A stretch of 32,000 nucleotides of DNA from an uncultured Chloroflexia bacterium (GCA_963704755.1 OY969938.1:4380001-4412000); one strand, 5' to 3'. Positions 1 through 7,730 are shown, counted from the stretch's first letter. A program made the numbers and translations. Notes: generated from the sequence alone by a model not told the origin.

Positions 1-313
1 CGGGGTGGATTTGACCAGGATAGCCAGGGTCATGACCCCATCTTCGATGCCGGGGATGAGGATCAACAGGCAGGCCAGCAAGATCTCCGGCGGCCATTCC
101 AAAAATCAAGCCGGCCAGGGCCTCGCCCAGGGTGAACAGGGTCGCCTGGCTGAAATCGGACAGATTGGCAAACAGGGTGGCCAGAATGCGGGTCGGGGCC
201 GGCAGCAAATAGACCGGGATCGACCAGATCTGCACGGCAGCCTGCCAGCCGAGTAGAAATAACAGTACGATGACCCAGGCAACCCAGACGGAATTCCGCG
301 ATGAGGTTTTCAT
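1..313 (-). CDS. ABC transporter permease (NitT/TauT nitrate/sulfonate/taurine type), N-terminal part only, runs off window; apparent 1-nt frame disruption near 85-92
   Basis: The ATG at 313-311 overlaps the stop of the upstream ATPase gene (ATGA at 310-313). The minus-strand translation MKTSSRNSVWVAWVIVLLFLLGWQAAVQIWSIPVYLLPAPTRILATLFANLSDFSQATLFTLGEALAGLIFGMAAG is a typical N-terminus for this permease family. After about nt 90 the membrane-like reading (EILLACLLILIPGIEDGVMTLAILVKSTP) continues in another frame. Confidence 0.6.
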   Translation of the reverse strand, partial: MKTSSRNSVWVAWVIVLLFLLGWQAAVQIWSIPVYLLPAPTRILATLFANLSDFSQATLFTLGEALAGLIFGMAAGDLAGLPVDPHPRHRRWGHDPGYPGQIHP

Positions 314-1077
314 CCGGCGCTCCGCTGGACTCCGGCTGCCTGGGCGAGCGTCTGGCGCAATTCGGCCAGCAAGCGCTGGAAGGCCGGGTCGGATTCGTGG
401 CGGGGCCGCTCCAGGCGGACCGGCAGATCGGCGATGATTTTGCCAGGGGCAGCGCTCATCACCAGCACCCGGTCGGCCAGGCGCAGGGCTTCATAGACGT
501 TATGGGTTACCCATAAAACGGTGGGGTGCAGCGGACGCCAGAGGTCTAGCAATTCGACCGCCAACAATTCGCGCGTGATTTCGTCCAGAGCAGAAAAGGG
601 CTCATCCATCAACCACAGGCCGGCATCCTGGACCAGCAAGCGCGCCAGGGCCAAACGTTGCTGCATGCCGCCCGAGAGGGTAAAGGGGTATTCCCCATTG
701 AGGTTACCCAGGCCGACTCTGCTCAACGCTTCCTGCGGATCGAGCGGCGCAGCCGAGCCCGCGCGGGTAAAGCGGGCCGCCAGGGACACGTTTTGGCGGG
801 CGGTCAGCCAGGGCAGCAAGGCCGGGCTCTGGGCCATCCAGGCGACTTTTCGACTGGCTTTGACCTCGGCCGGGGATTGGCCGTCGATGCGAATACTCCC
901 GGCGGTCGGCTTGAGCAGGCCGGCCACCAGGCGCAGCAAGGTAGATTTGCCGCACCCGCTGGGTCCGACGATGGCGACAAATTCGCCGTTGTCCGCCTGG
1001 AATGACAGGCTGTCGATGGCCTTGACAGGCGGCCGGGCGGGATAGGCCAGGAATAATTGATCTACGGATAATTGCAT
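310..1077 (-). CDS. ABC transporter ATP-binding protein (NitT/TauT family, SsuB/TauB-like)
   Basis: 255-aa ORF with Walker A GPSGCGKST, ABC signature LSGGMQQRLALARLL and Walker B LWLMDEPFSALD. It is translationally coupled to the downstream permease. Confidence 0.92.
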   Translation of the reverse strand: MQLSVDQLFLAYPARPPVKAIDSLSFQADNGEFVAIVGPSGCGKSTLLRLVAGLLKPTAGSIRIDGQSPAEVKASRKVAWMAQSPALLPWLTARQNVSLAARFTRAGSAAPLDPQEALSRVGLGNLNGEYPFTLSGGMQQRLALARLLVQDAGLWLMDEPFSALDEITRELLAVELLDLWRPLHPTVLWVTHNVYEALRLADRVLVMSAAPGKIIADLPVRLERPRHESDPAFQRLLAELRQTLAQAAGVQRSAG

Positions 1078-1080
1078 GAC

Positions 1081-2223
1081 TCAGGCCTTACGATGCGGGG
1101 GTGTATTGCCGGGCAGCCCCTGCCAGCCGCGCAGAGTTTCGACTTCGACACGGAAGGCGTTTTGAACCCGCCCCGGCAGTTTGTCCTGGCCGGTTTCACC
1201 CAGGTAGCGGCGGGTCAGGCGCGCGGTCAGGCGGTTGAGCACGGCCGAGCCGGATTCATAAGGCAGCGCGCTGACCTTCCCGCGGGCGGCCAGGCGGCGT
1301 AAAGGCGGCCAGGGTTCGTCGATGGTCAACGAAACTTGCGGGTTGCCGCGCACAAATTCGGCCCAGGCGGAACCTTGCCAGGCGATCAAAGTAAAGGATT
1401 TGCCGTCCCACTCCTGCCAGACCGGGATGACGTGGGGCTGGCCATCCGGGCGGATGCAGGCCAGCCGGGCGGTCCAGGGGCCGCGCAGAAAGTCGTCGAT
1501 TTCTGCGGGTGACATTTCCAGCGCCGGGGTGATCTCTTGACGCAGCGCCGGTTGAAAAGGCTGGTAACTGAGCGCACCCAGCCGGTAGGAGAGATGAGCG
1601 GCCACCACACGCAGCTCGGGCAGCCAATTGTTGAGCGTCTCTTGCTCGTCCGCGCGGAAAGCCGGGATGCTCAACAGGACGGCCGCCTGGGGATGGCAGC
1701 CGTCCGGGCAGACCGGCACCGCCAGTTCGAGGGTATCCGGGCTGCGCACCAGGCTGTAGCCGTTGGCCAGCACTTTGCTGTCCGGGTTGTTGGTGATCAC
1801 CAGGCTGGCGGCCAGGTTGTTGTCGATGGCTTCGCCGACCCGGTACACGCTGCGCACCAGGGAATGGCCTTCGGTCTGGCCATAGACCAGGTGCCCTGCC
1901 GGCACCGGCACGACCAGGATGAGGGTCTCCGGCCAGGAAAGACGGGTGGTCTCCAGGTGGAAAGCGGCCAGGAGGTCCTGGCGGAAGTCGCCGGCGGATC
2001 CGCGCCAGGCCTGCAAGCGCGCCCCAGCGCGGTAACGGCCGCGCGTTTCGCTCTGGTCCAGGTAGCCCAGTTCTTTGAGCACCGCCAGGGTGGCGTAGAG
2101 CGAGCTGCGTGGGATGCCGGTCTCGGCCTGGATTTCGGGCGGGGCCACGCCTTCCGGCCGGGCCAGAAACAGTTCCAGCAGGGCGAGGATGCGTTCGGTT
2201 GAGGAAGCAAGGGTATCTTTCAT
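1081..2223 (-). CDS. Transcriptional regulator: IclR-type HTH plus effector domain fused to a C-terminal pyridoxamine-5-phosphate-oxidase-like (PPOX/split-barrel flavin or F420 binding) domain
   Basis: 380-aa ORF. The N-terminus ILALLELFLARPEGVAPPEIQAETGIPRSSLYATLAVLKELGYLDQ is a typical IclR winged helix. The C-terminal ~140 aa (MSPAEIDDFLRGPWTARLACIRPDGQPHVIPVWQEWDGKSFTLIAWQGSAWAEFVRGNPQVSLTIDEP...) match the PPOX-family pattern. Its stop lies 3 nt before the ATPase start. Confidence 0.8.
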   Translation of the reverse strand: MKDTLASSTERILALLELFLARPEGVAPPEIQAETGIPRSSLYATLAVLKELGYLDQSETRGRYRAGARLQAWRGSAGDFRQDLLAAFHLETTRLSWPETLILVVPVPAGHLVYGQTEGHSLVRSVYRVGEAIDNNLAASLVITNNPDSKVLANGYSLVRSPDTLELAVPVCPDGCHPQAAVLLSIPAFRADEQETLNNWLPELRVVAAHLSYRLGALSYQPFQPALRQEITPALEMSPAEIDDFLRGPWTARLACIRPDGQPHVIPVWQEWDGKSFTLIAWQGSAWAEFVRGNPQVSLTIDEPWPPLRRLAARGKVSALPYESGSAVLNRLTARLTRRYLGETGQDKLPGRVQNAFRVEVETLRGWQGLPGNTPPHRKA

Positions 2224-2255
2224 GGTTCTTAGTCTTGATTTATGGACTATCGTCC

Positions 2256-2284
2256 AATATACCAGACTGGGTGTGGAAGGTCAA
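2256..2284 (-). promoter_or_regulatory. Sigma70-like promoter for the regulator/ABC operon
   Basis: The minus strand reads TTGACC (2284-2279), a 17-nt spacer, then TATATT (2261-2256), about 30 nt upstream of the ATG at 2223. Confidence 0.5.
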
Positions 2285-2300
2285 GAGAGGAGGGAGGAGC

Positions 2301-2335
2301 GGTTAGCGATTAGCTTTTAGCGGTTAGCCGTAGGG
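2301..2335. repeat. Heptad tandem repeat NNTTAGC x4 (plus one degenerate unit); left bracket of the repeat array
   Basis: The units are ggttagc gattagc ttttagc ggttagc cgtaggg with an exact 7-nt period. This is an imperfect reverse complement of 3298-3346. Confidence 0.85.
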
Positions 2336-2394
2336 GGGTGGAGGGCTCGATTACGACATTGGTTAACCACCAACCGCACAATATTTTGAGATCT

Positions 2395-3294
2395 GCCCGT
2401 AACCCACCATCTACAACAGGAGCCAATTTTTGGGCTTTTGTCGAATTGTCGACCGATGCCGCGAAAGCACGAGGCATCGCCCTCACCCCAACCCCTCTCC
2501 CAGAAACGGGAGAGGGGCTTTTTGGCTTGCCTGACAATTTGGGTTATGCCCGGTGGGTTACGGGCAAGAGATTAGCTGGCCAAGCGCGATCATCAAACCC
2601 GGCGTTCTAAATGAGCCCTGCACCCACCATCCGTAAATGGCGCTGATTTTTTGTTTTTTGCCTGGTTGTTGACCAATGCCGCGAAAGCGCGGGGCATCGC
2701 CCTCACCCCAACCCCTCTCCCAGAAACGGGAGAGGGGCTTTTGGCTTGCCTGACAATTTGGGTTATGCCCGGTGGGTTACGGGCAAGAGACTGGCTGGCC
2801 AAGCGCGATCATCATTTCCCGGCGTTTTTAATGAGCCCTACACCCACCATCCGTAAATGGCGCTGATTTTTTGTTTTTTTTGCCTGGTTGTCGACCGATG
2901 CCGTGAAAGCACAGGGCATCGCCCCACCCCAACCCCTCTCCCAGAAACGGGAGAGGGGCTTTTTGTGGGCTGCCTGCGAATTAGCATTATGCCCGGTGGG
3001 TTACGGGCAAGAGACTGGCTGGTCAAGCGTGATCTTCAACCCCGGCGTTCTAAATGAGCCCTGCACCCACCATCCGTAAATGGCGCTGATTTTTTGTTTT
3101 TTGCCTGGTTGTTGACCAATGCCGCGAAAGCGCGGGGCATCGCCCTCACCCCAACCCCTCTCCCGTTTCTGGGAGAGGGGCTTTTTGGCTTGCCTGACAA
3201 TTTGGGTTATGCCCGGTGGGTTACGGGCAAGGTGCCTCCATGCCAAACGAGATCAACATTTCCCGGCGTTCTTTATGAGCCCTACACCCACCCT
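2395..3294. repeat. Tandem array of four ~221-bp non-coding units (plus the first 7-10 nt of a fifth), each with three conserved hairpins
   Basis: The landmark (A/C)ACCCACCAT recurs at 2401, 2621, 2841 and 3064, with a truncated CACCCACC at 3285, giving periods of 220, 220, 223 and 221 nt. Copies 2-4 are near-identical and copy 1 is diverged in its first ~50 nt. Indels between copies break every ORF frame. Confidence 0.95.
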
Positions 3295-3297
3295 ACA

Positions 3298-3346
3298 GCT
3301 AACTGCCAAAAGCTAAAAGCTAACAGCCAACCGCTAACAGCTATAA
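3298..3346. repeat. Heptad tandem repeat GCYAANN x7; right bracket of the repeat array, inverted relative to 2301-2335
   Basis: The units are gctaact gccaaaa gctaaaa gctaaca gccaacc gctaaca gctataa with an exact 7-nt period. Confidence 0.85.
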
Positions 3347-3377
3347 CATTTACAAAATCGGTAATGTAAACCTTAAA

Positions 3378-3406
3378 TTGACTCTCGTATACAGCTTTGC
3401 TATACT
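3378..3406 (+). promoter_or_regulatory. Near-consensus sigma70 promoter P1 (TTGACT-17-TATACT)
   Basis: TTGACT at 3378-3383, a 17-nt spacer containing the GTATAC palindrome, and TATACT at 3401-3406. This leaves a ~160-nt leader before the ATG at 3576. The -35 context ATTGACTCTC is identical to P2 at 4429-4438. Confidence 0.65.
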
Positions 3407-3575
3407 GATGGTGTGTTCCCCGGGTATTGTTTTTTGGTCAAGTGAGTTTTTCCCGTGAGTAACCCGCCGGTGGTGCGATCATGGCCGGGTTGGTTTATTT
3501 GTGGCAGATTAATGTTGCCCGATGAGGCGGTAAGCAGTTCATTCACATTCCATCATATCGGAACAGGAGTGTCCT

Positions 3576-4301
3576 ATGAAATTAAAGCCCCCAACATCTT
3601 TATCTGTCGATTCACTGACCCTGGACGCAGCCGAAATCGAAGGGCTTCTCCAGGGATACCCGTTGGATTTACCTCCCTGGCCGGACGCAACCATCCGCCT
3701 GAGAGACGGCCGTACCATGTACCTGCGCAGCATGCAGGAACAGGACATCCCCACCTTGCTCGGTTTTATGGAAAAGGTCATGAAGGTGGAGAAGGACTTC
3801 TATGATATCGTTGGAGTGCGAGTATACGGGGAGATTTTGGGGGTCTTGCGAAAACGCCTGAAGGATCCTTTTACCATTCTGGGGCTGGTGGATGGAGAGT
3901 TCACCGGGTTTGCTAACGGGCGGTTCTGGAGCCGCGACCTGGGGATCAGCCTGCATACCATGACTTTTGCCCGGCGGGGCCGGGTCGGCTGGGCGATGTA
4001 TTACGCGAAAACCTATTACGCGATGGAAATCTGCAAAGCCAAAGAATGGTGGACCACTTTCGAGAGCTACAATGGCTGGCGGATGGCCGGCCTGGCGATG
4101 GCTCAACCGACCAAACCCTGGCCGGAATACCAGCATGAACTGGGCGGGGCCAAAGTGTATTACATCAGCGCAGACCATTGGAACATCCAGTTGAAGAATT
4201 ACCTGGTCGAATCCATTGGCAGTGATTTGGATTTCAATGTGCCCGACGAAATCCTTAAAGCCAACGCCGTTCTACACGTTCCGGAAAAGCTCGAACTTTA
4301 A
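3576..4301 (+). CDS. Hypothetical protein with weak GNAT (N-acyltransferase)-like features
   Basis: 241-aa ORF preceded by the GGAG RBS (ggaacaggagtgtcctATG). IRLRDGRTMYLRSMQEQDIPTLLGFMEKV resembles a GNAT N-terminal strand and helix, and ARRGRVGWAMY resembles the R/Q-x-x-G-x-G/A acyl-CoA loop. The coding call is solid; the family call is tentative. Confidence 0.5.
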   Translation: MKLKPPTSLSVDSLTLDAAEIEGLLQGYPLDLPPWPDATIRLRDGRTMYLRSMQEQDIPTLLGFMEKVMKVEKDFYDIVGVRVYGEILGVLRKRLKDPFTILGLVDGEFTGFANGRFWSRDLGISLHTMTFARRGRVGWAMYYAKTYYAMEICKAKEWWTTFESYNGWRMAGLAMAQPTKPWPEYQHELGGAKVYYISADHWNIQLKNYLVESIGSDLDFNVPDEILKANAVLHVPEKLEL

Positions 4302-4430
4302 CATCCAACAGCGATCCGTTTGCCAGTAGCGTCATCAGTGAGCAGGGGACCCTGCCTGAAATTGGCCGGATCGTTATGCAGAATGGTTATCGCATCGCCC
4401 TGGGGAATGCCGGGCCGTGTTCCGGGATGA

Positions 4431-4460
4431 TTGACTCTCCTTTTTAAAGTTGCCTATACT
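4431..4460 (+). promoter_or_regulatory. Near-consensus sigma70 promoter P2 (TTGACT-18-TATACT) for the fdrA operon
   Basis: TTGACT at 4431-4436, an 18-nt spacer and TATACT at 4455-4460, followed by an AT-rich ~225-nt leader before the ATG at 4687. Confidence 0.6.
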
Positions 4461-4686
4461 TTAATCGGGTTGTCAAACAACTTTTAATATAACATTCTAG
4501 CCGATAACCATCTGATTATCGTTTTCCCCAGTTTCAAAAACAATTTATCTTAACTACCCATACCTGAGCGTACATTCAGTCTCAATTTGCTTTTAATTCA
4601 AATAAGCAAACTGAATATGTCTGTACAAATAAGCGCAAAGGCAATCTGGTAAGCTCTCACGCTTCTTTTTTCTTCAGGAGTAGATT

Positions 4687-6417
4687 ATGGCGGTAATTAA
4701 GGCGGAAGTTCGATCTGGGGTTTATTACGATTCGGCGATTTTGATGCAATTGCAGCGTTCCCTGGCCGGCCTGGCGGGTGTCCAGGACGCGGGGGTGATC
4801 ATGGGGACCGCGACCAACAAGGAACTGCTGGCGCGGATCGACCTGGTCTCGCCGGAAGTCGTCGCTGCCCGCGAAAACGATCTGGTGATCGTGGTGCGGG
4901 CCGAGGACGAGGAAACTGCGCTGGGGGCCATTGGCCAGGTGGACGCGCTGCTCAGCGCCAGAAAATCGGTCGTCGACCAGGATTACCGGCCGCGCAGCCT
5001 GGAAAGCGCCTGCCAGATGATGCCGGAGGCCAACTGGGTGCTTATTTCAGTGGCCGGCCGCTATGCGGCCGCGGTCGCCCGGGACGCTTTGCGGTTGGGA
5101 AAACACGTGTTCCTGTTCAGCGACAACGTGGGGGTCGAAGACGAAATTTCGCTGAAAACCGAGGCGGCCCGCAAGGGCCTGCTGGTGATGGGCCCAGACT
5201 GCGGTACGGCCATCGTCAATGGCATTGGCCTGGGATTTGCCAACCAGGTGCGTAAGGGGCCGATTGGCGTCGTCGCCGCGGCCGGGACCGGCTTACAGCA
5301 GGTGACCGCCCGGATCGACCAGTTGGGTGGGGGAGTCACTTTTGGGATCGGCACCGGCGGCCGGGACCTGTCCGAAAAAGTGGGCGGGACGACCTTCCTG
5401 CAAGGGCTGGATGTGCTTATTCGGGACGCGGACACGCACGTAATTGTGCTGGTCTCCAAACCGGCGGCAGCGGCGGTGGCGGATGAAGTGCTGGCAGCAG
5501 CCCGGCTGGCGGCCAAGCCGGTGGTCGTGTGCTTTATCGGCCGAACGCCCATCTCACGCAGAGACGATAACCTGTTTTTCGCTTCCGGCCTGGACGATGC
5601 CGCAGCGCTGGCGGTGGAACTGGCCGAACACCCGCCGGTGCTGGAAAAGCCGGTCGAGTTGAACCTGGCACGCTTCGCGGCCGGGCAGCGCTATTTCCGC
5701 GGGCTGTTCTCGGGTGGCACACTGGCTTATGAAGCCCAACACCTGCTGGGCGATTACCTGCCGCGGGTGTACGCCAACGCGCCGATCCATAAAGAAAATA
5801 AACTGGCCGATGCGCTGGTCAGCGTGGAGCACACCATTGTGGACCTGGGCGAGGATGAATTTACCGTGGGTCGCCTGCACCCGATGATGGATAACGAATT
5901 GCGCATCCGCCGGCTGATGGAAGAGGCTGTGGATCCGCAGGTCGCGGTGATCATGCTGGATGTGGTCATCGGCTACGGCTCGCACCCCGACCCGGCCGGC
6001 GAACTAGGCCCGGCGATTGCCGGGGCCAAGGCCCTGGCCGAAGCTGGCGGGCGTTACCTGGAGGTGGTGGCGGTTTGTACCGGCACCGAGGGCGACCCGC
6101 AGAAATTAAGCCGCCAGATCGAGCAGTTGCGCTCGGCCGGCGCCTGGGTGGATACCAGTAATGAAGTGGTGGTACGCTACGCCGGCAAGATTCTGCGGGC
6201 GCTCAATACACCGGCCCGGGCAAAGAATTCGATTGGCCAACCGGTGGATTTAGCGGTCCTGAAGGGGCCGCTCAAGGCAATCAACGTGGGGTTGGAATCC
6301 TTTACCGAAAACCTGCTGGCGCAGGAAACGTCCGCCATTCAGGTGGATTGGCGCCCACCGGCCGGCGGGAATGAAAAACTGAGCGGAATTCTGGAGCGGA
6401 TGAAGAAGCACGCCTGA
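4687..6417 (+). CDS. fdrA: FdrA-family protein (succinyl-CoA-synthetase-alpha-like / NDP-forming acyl-CoA synthetase-like)
   Basis: 576 aa. It is collinear by eye with my recollection of E. coli FdrA from end to end. Shared stretches include the N-terminus ...YYDSAILMQLQRSL...VIMGTATNKELL, then VMGPDCGTAIVNGIGLGFAN, GIGTGGRDLS, GGTLAYEA, VDLGEDEFTVGRLHPMMD and the C-terminal GGNEKLSGILERM. Confidence 0.9.
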   Translation: MAVIKAEVRSGVYYDSAILMQLQRSLAGLAGVQDAGVIMGTATNKELLARIDLVSPEVVAARENDLVIVVRAEDEETALGAIGQVDALLSARKSVVDQDYRPRSLESACQMMPEANWVLISVAGRYAAAVARDALRLGKHVFLFSDNVGVEDEISLKTEAARKGLLVMGPDCGTAIVNGIGLGFANQVRKGPIGVVAAAGTGLQQVTARIDQLGGGVTFGIGTGGRDLSEKVGGTTFLQGLDVLIRDADTHVIVLVSKPAAAAVADEVLAAARLAAKPVVVCFIGRTPISRRDDNLFFASGLDDAAALAVELAEHPPVLEKPVELNLARFAAGQRYFRGLFSGGTLAYEAQHLLGDYLPRVYANAPIHKENKLADALVSVEHTIVDLGEDEFTVGRLHPMMDNELRIRRLMEEAVDPQVAVIMLDVVIGYGSHPDPAGELGPAIAGAKALAEAGGRYLEVVAVCTGTEGDPQKLSRQIEQLRSAGAWVDTSNEVVVRYAGKILRALNTPARAKNSIGQPVDLAVLKGPLKAINVGLESFTENLLAQETSAIQVDWRPPAGGNEKLSGILERMKKHA

Positions 6418-6460
6418 TCGGTGCCGTTCTTTACGGCGAGCATCTCTCAAGAGGAAAAAG

Positions 6461-7702
6461 ATGAATATCGAAGAAGCCAACCAGAAAGTGACCGACGCGT
6501 TTATGGAAGCCCGACCGGTGGTAGTTGGAACGGCCACGGCAATCGACGTGATCCCCGGGCTGCACCAGGATATGCTGCTGCACGCCGGGCCGCCGATCTC
6601 CTGGGCGCGGATGGCCGGCCCGATGAAAGGGGCCATGATTGGGGCCTTGATTTTCGAGGGCCGGGCCAAAGACGAAAAAGTAGCGGCCGGTCTGCTTTCA
6701 GCCGGGAAAATCGAGTTTGCGCCCTGTCACGAGCACGCCTCCGTGGGACCGATGGCCGGGGTGATTTCGCCTTCGATGAAGGTGTATGTGGTGGAAAACC
6801 AGACCCACGGCAACAAGGCTTTTTCGGGGATGAACGAAGGCCGCGGGAAGGTGCTGCGCATGGGCGCCTTCAGCCCGGAAGTGATCGAGCGGATGCACTG
6901 GCTGAACGATGTGCTCAGCCCGACGGTGGATGCTGCCTTACGGGCCTGCGGCGGTGTGGACATCCGCGCCATGTTGGGCAAGGCCCTGCAAATGGGCGAC
7001 GATGGCCACAACCGTCTGGATGCGGCCTCGATCCTGTTTACCGTCCAACTGGCCCCCTACATCAGCAAAACTGCCAAAGATACCGCCACGGCGGCGGAAG
7101 TGCTGCGCTTTATGGGCGAGAACGCTCTGACCATCCTCAACCCGGTCATGGCGGGCTGTAAGACGATGACCGATGCCGGGCACAATGTGGAAGGCAGCAC
7201 GGTAGTGACGGCCATGGCGCGCAACGGCACCGATTTTGGCCTGCGCGTCAGCGGCCTGGGAGAGCGCTGGTTTACCGCCCCGGCGCCGCAGGTCAAGGCG
7301 CTCTACTTCCCCGGTTTCAGCGAAAAAGACGCCAACCCCGATATCGGCGACAGCACCATCACCGAAACGGCCGGGATCGGCGGGTTTGCCATGGCGGCTG
7401 CCCCGGCGATTGTGGCCTTCATCAGCGGCACGGCTCGCGACGCGATCAATGCCACCCTGGATATGTACGAGATCACCTACGCGGAGCACAAGTTTTTCAC
7501 CATCCCTTACCTGGATTTCCGCGGGACGCCAACCGGGGTAGATATCCGCAAAGTAGTCGAGAAAGGCCTGACGCCGCGGGTCAACACCGGGGTCGCCCAT
7601 AAAGACGCCGGAGTCGGCCAGGTCGGGGCCGGTGTGGTCAGTATGCCCATGGCGCCGTTCGAGGATGCGCTGGTCGCATTTGCAGAAAAATACGGCATCT
7701 AA
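6461..7702 (+). CDS. ylbE: DUF1116 protein, YlbE-like partner of FdrA
   Basis: 413 aa. It carries the motifs LLHAGPPISWARMAGPMKGAMIGALIFEG, VGPMAGVISPSMKVYVVEN, TAMARNGTDFGLRVSGLGERWFTAP, NPDIGDSTITETAGIGGFAMAAAP and NTGVAHKDAGVGQVGAG, which parallel E. coli YlbE as I recall it. Confidence 0.88.
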   Translation: MNIEEANQKVTDAFMEARPVVVGTATAIDVIPGLHQDMLLHAGPPISWARMAGPMKGAMIGALIFEGRAKDEKVAAGLLSAGKIEFAPCHEHASVGPMAGVISPSMKVYVVENQTHGNKAFSGMNEGRGKVLRMGAFSPEVIERMHWLNDVLSPTVDAALRACGGVDIRAMLGKALQMGDDGHNRLDAASILFTVQLAPYISKTAKDTATAAEVLRFMGENALTILNPVMAGCKTMTDAGHNVEGSTVVTAMARNGTDFGLRVSGLGERWFTAPAPQVKALYFPGFSEKDANPDIGDSTITETAGIGGFAMAAAPAIVAFISGTARDAINATLDMYEITYAEHKFFTIPYLDFRGTPTGVDIRKVVEKGLTPRVNTGVAHKDAGVGQVGAGVVSMPMAPFEDALVAFAEKYGI

Positions 7703-7730
7703 ACCTTTTCTTCGAGTATCGGAGGGATCG

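Noticed and set aside
2395-3294. Possible CRISPR array, because of regularly spaced perfect hairpins about 220 nt apart
   Set aside because: The whole ~221-nt period is repeated, so there are no unique spacers between short repeats. No cas genes are present in the window.
2299-3346. Non-autonomous transposon (MITE-like) delimited by the inverted heptad arrays
   Set aside because: I see no target-site duplication outside the inverted arrays (...GGGAGGAGC versus TATAACATT...) and no transposase. It remains a minor possibility inside the main finding rather than a call.
2310-3369. Family of 60-91-aa ORFs on both strands (e.g. 2338-2610, 2651-2866, 2857-3057, 3094-3369; shared peptide ...ALTPTPLPETGEGL...)
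   Set aside because: They are read-through products of the repeat and the GC hairpin. Single-base length differences between copies change the frame after the hairpin, and copy 4 has the loop inverted, so no protein sequence is conserved.
7632-7730. Upstream extensions of the cyclase gene (7632) and the FAD subunit gene (9200)
   Set aside because: The extensions overlap the preceding genes and encode Arg/Pro-rich junk. Internal ATGs at 7731 and 9428 have good RBSs and match family N-termini.
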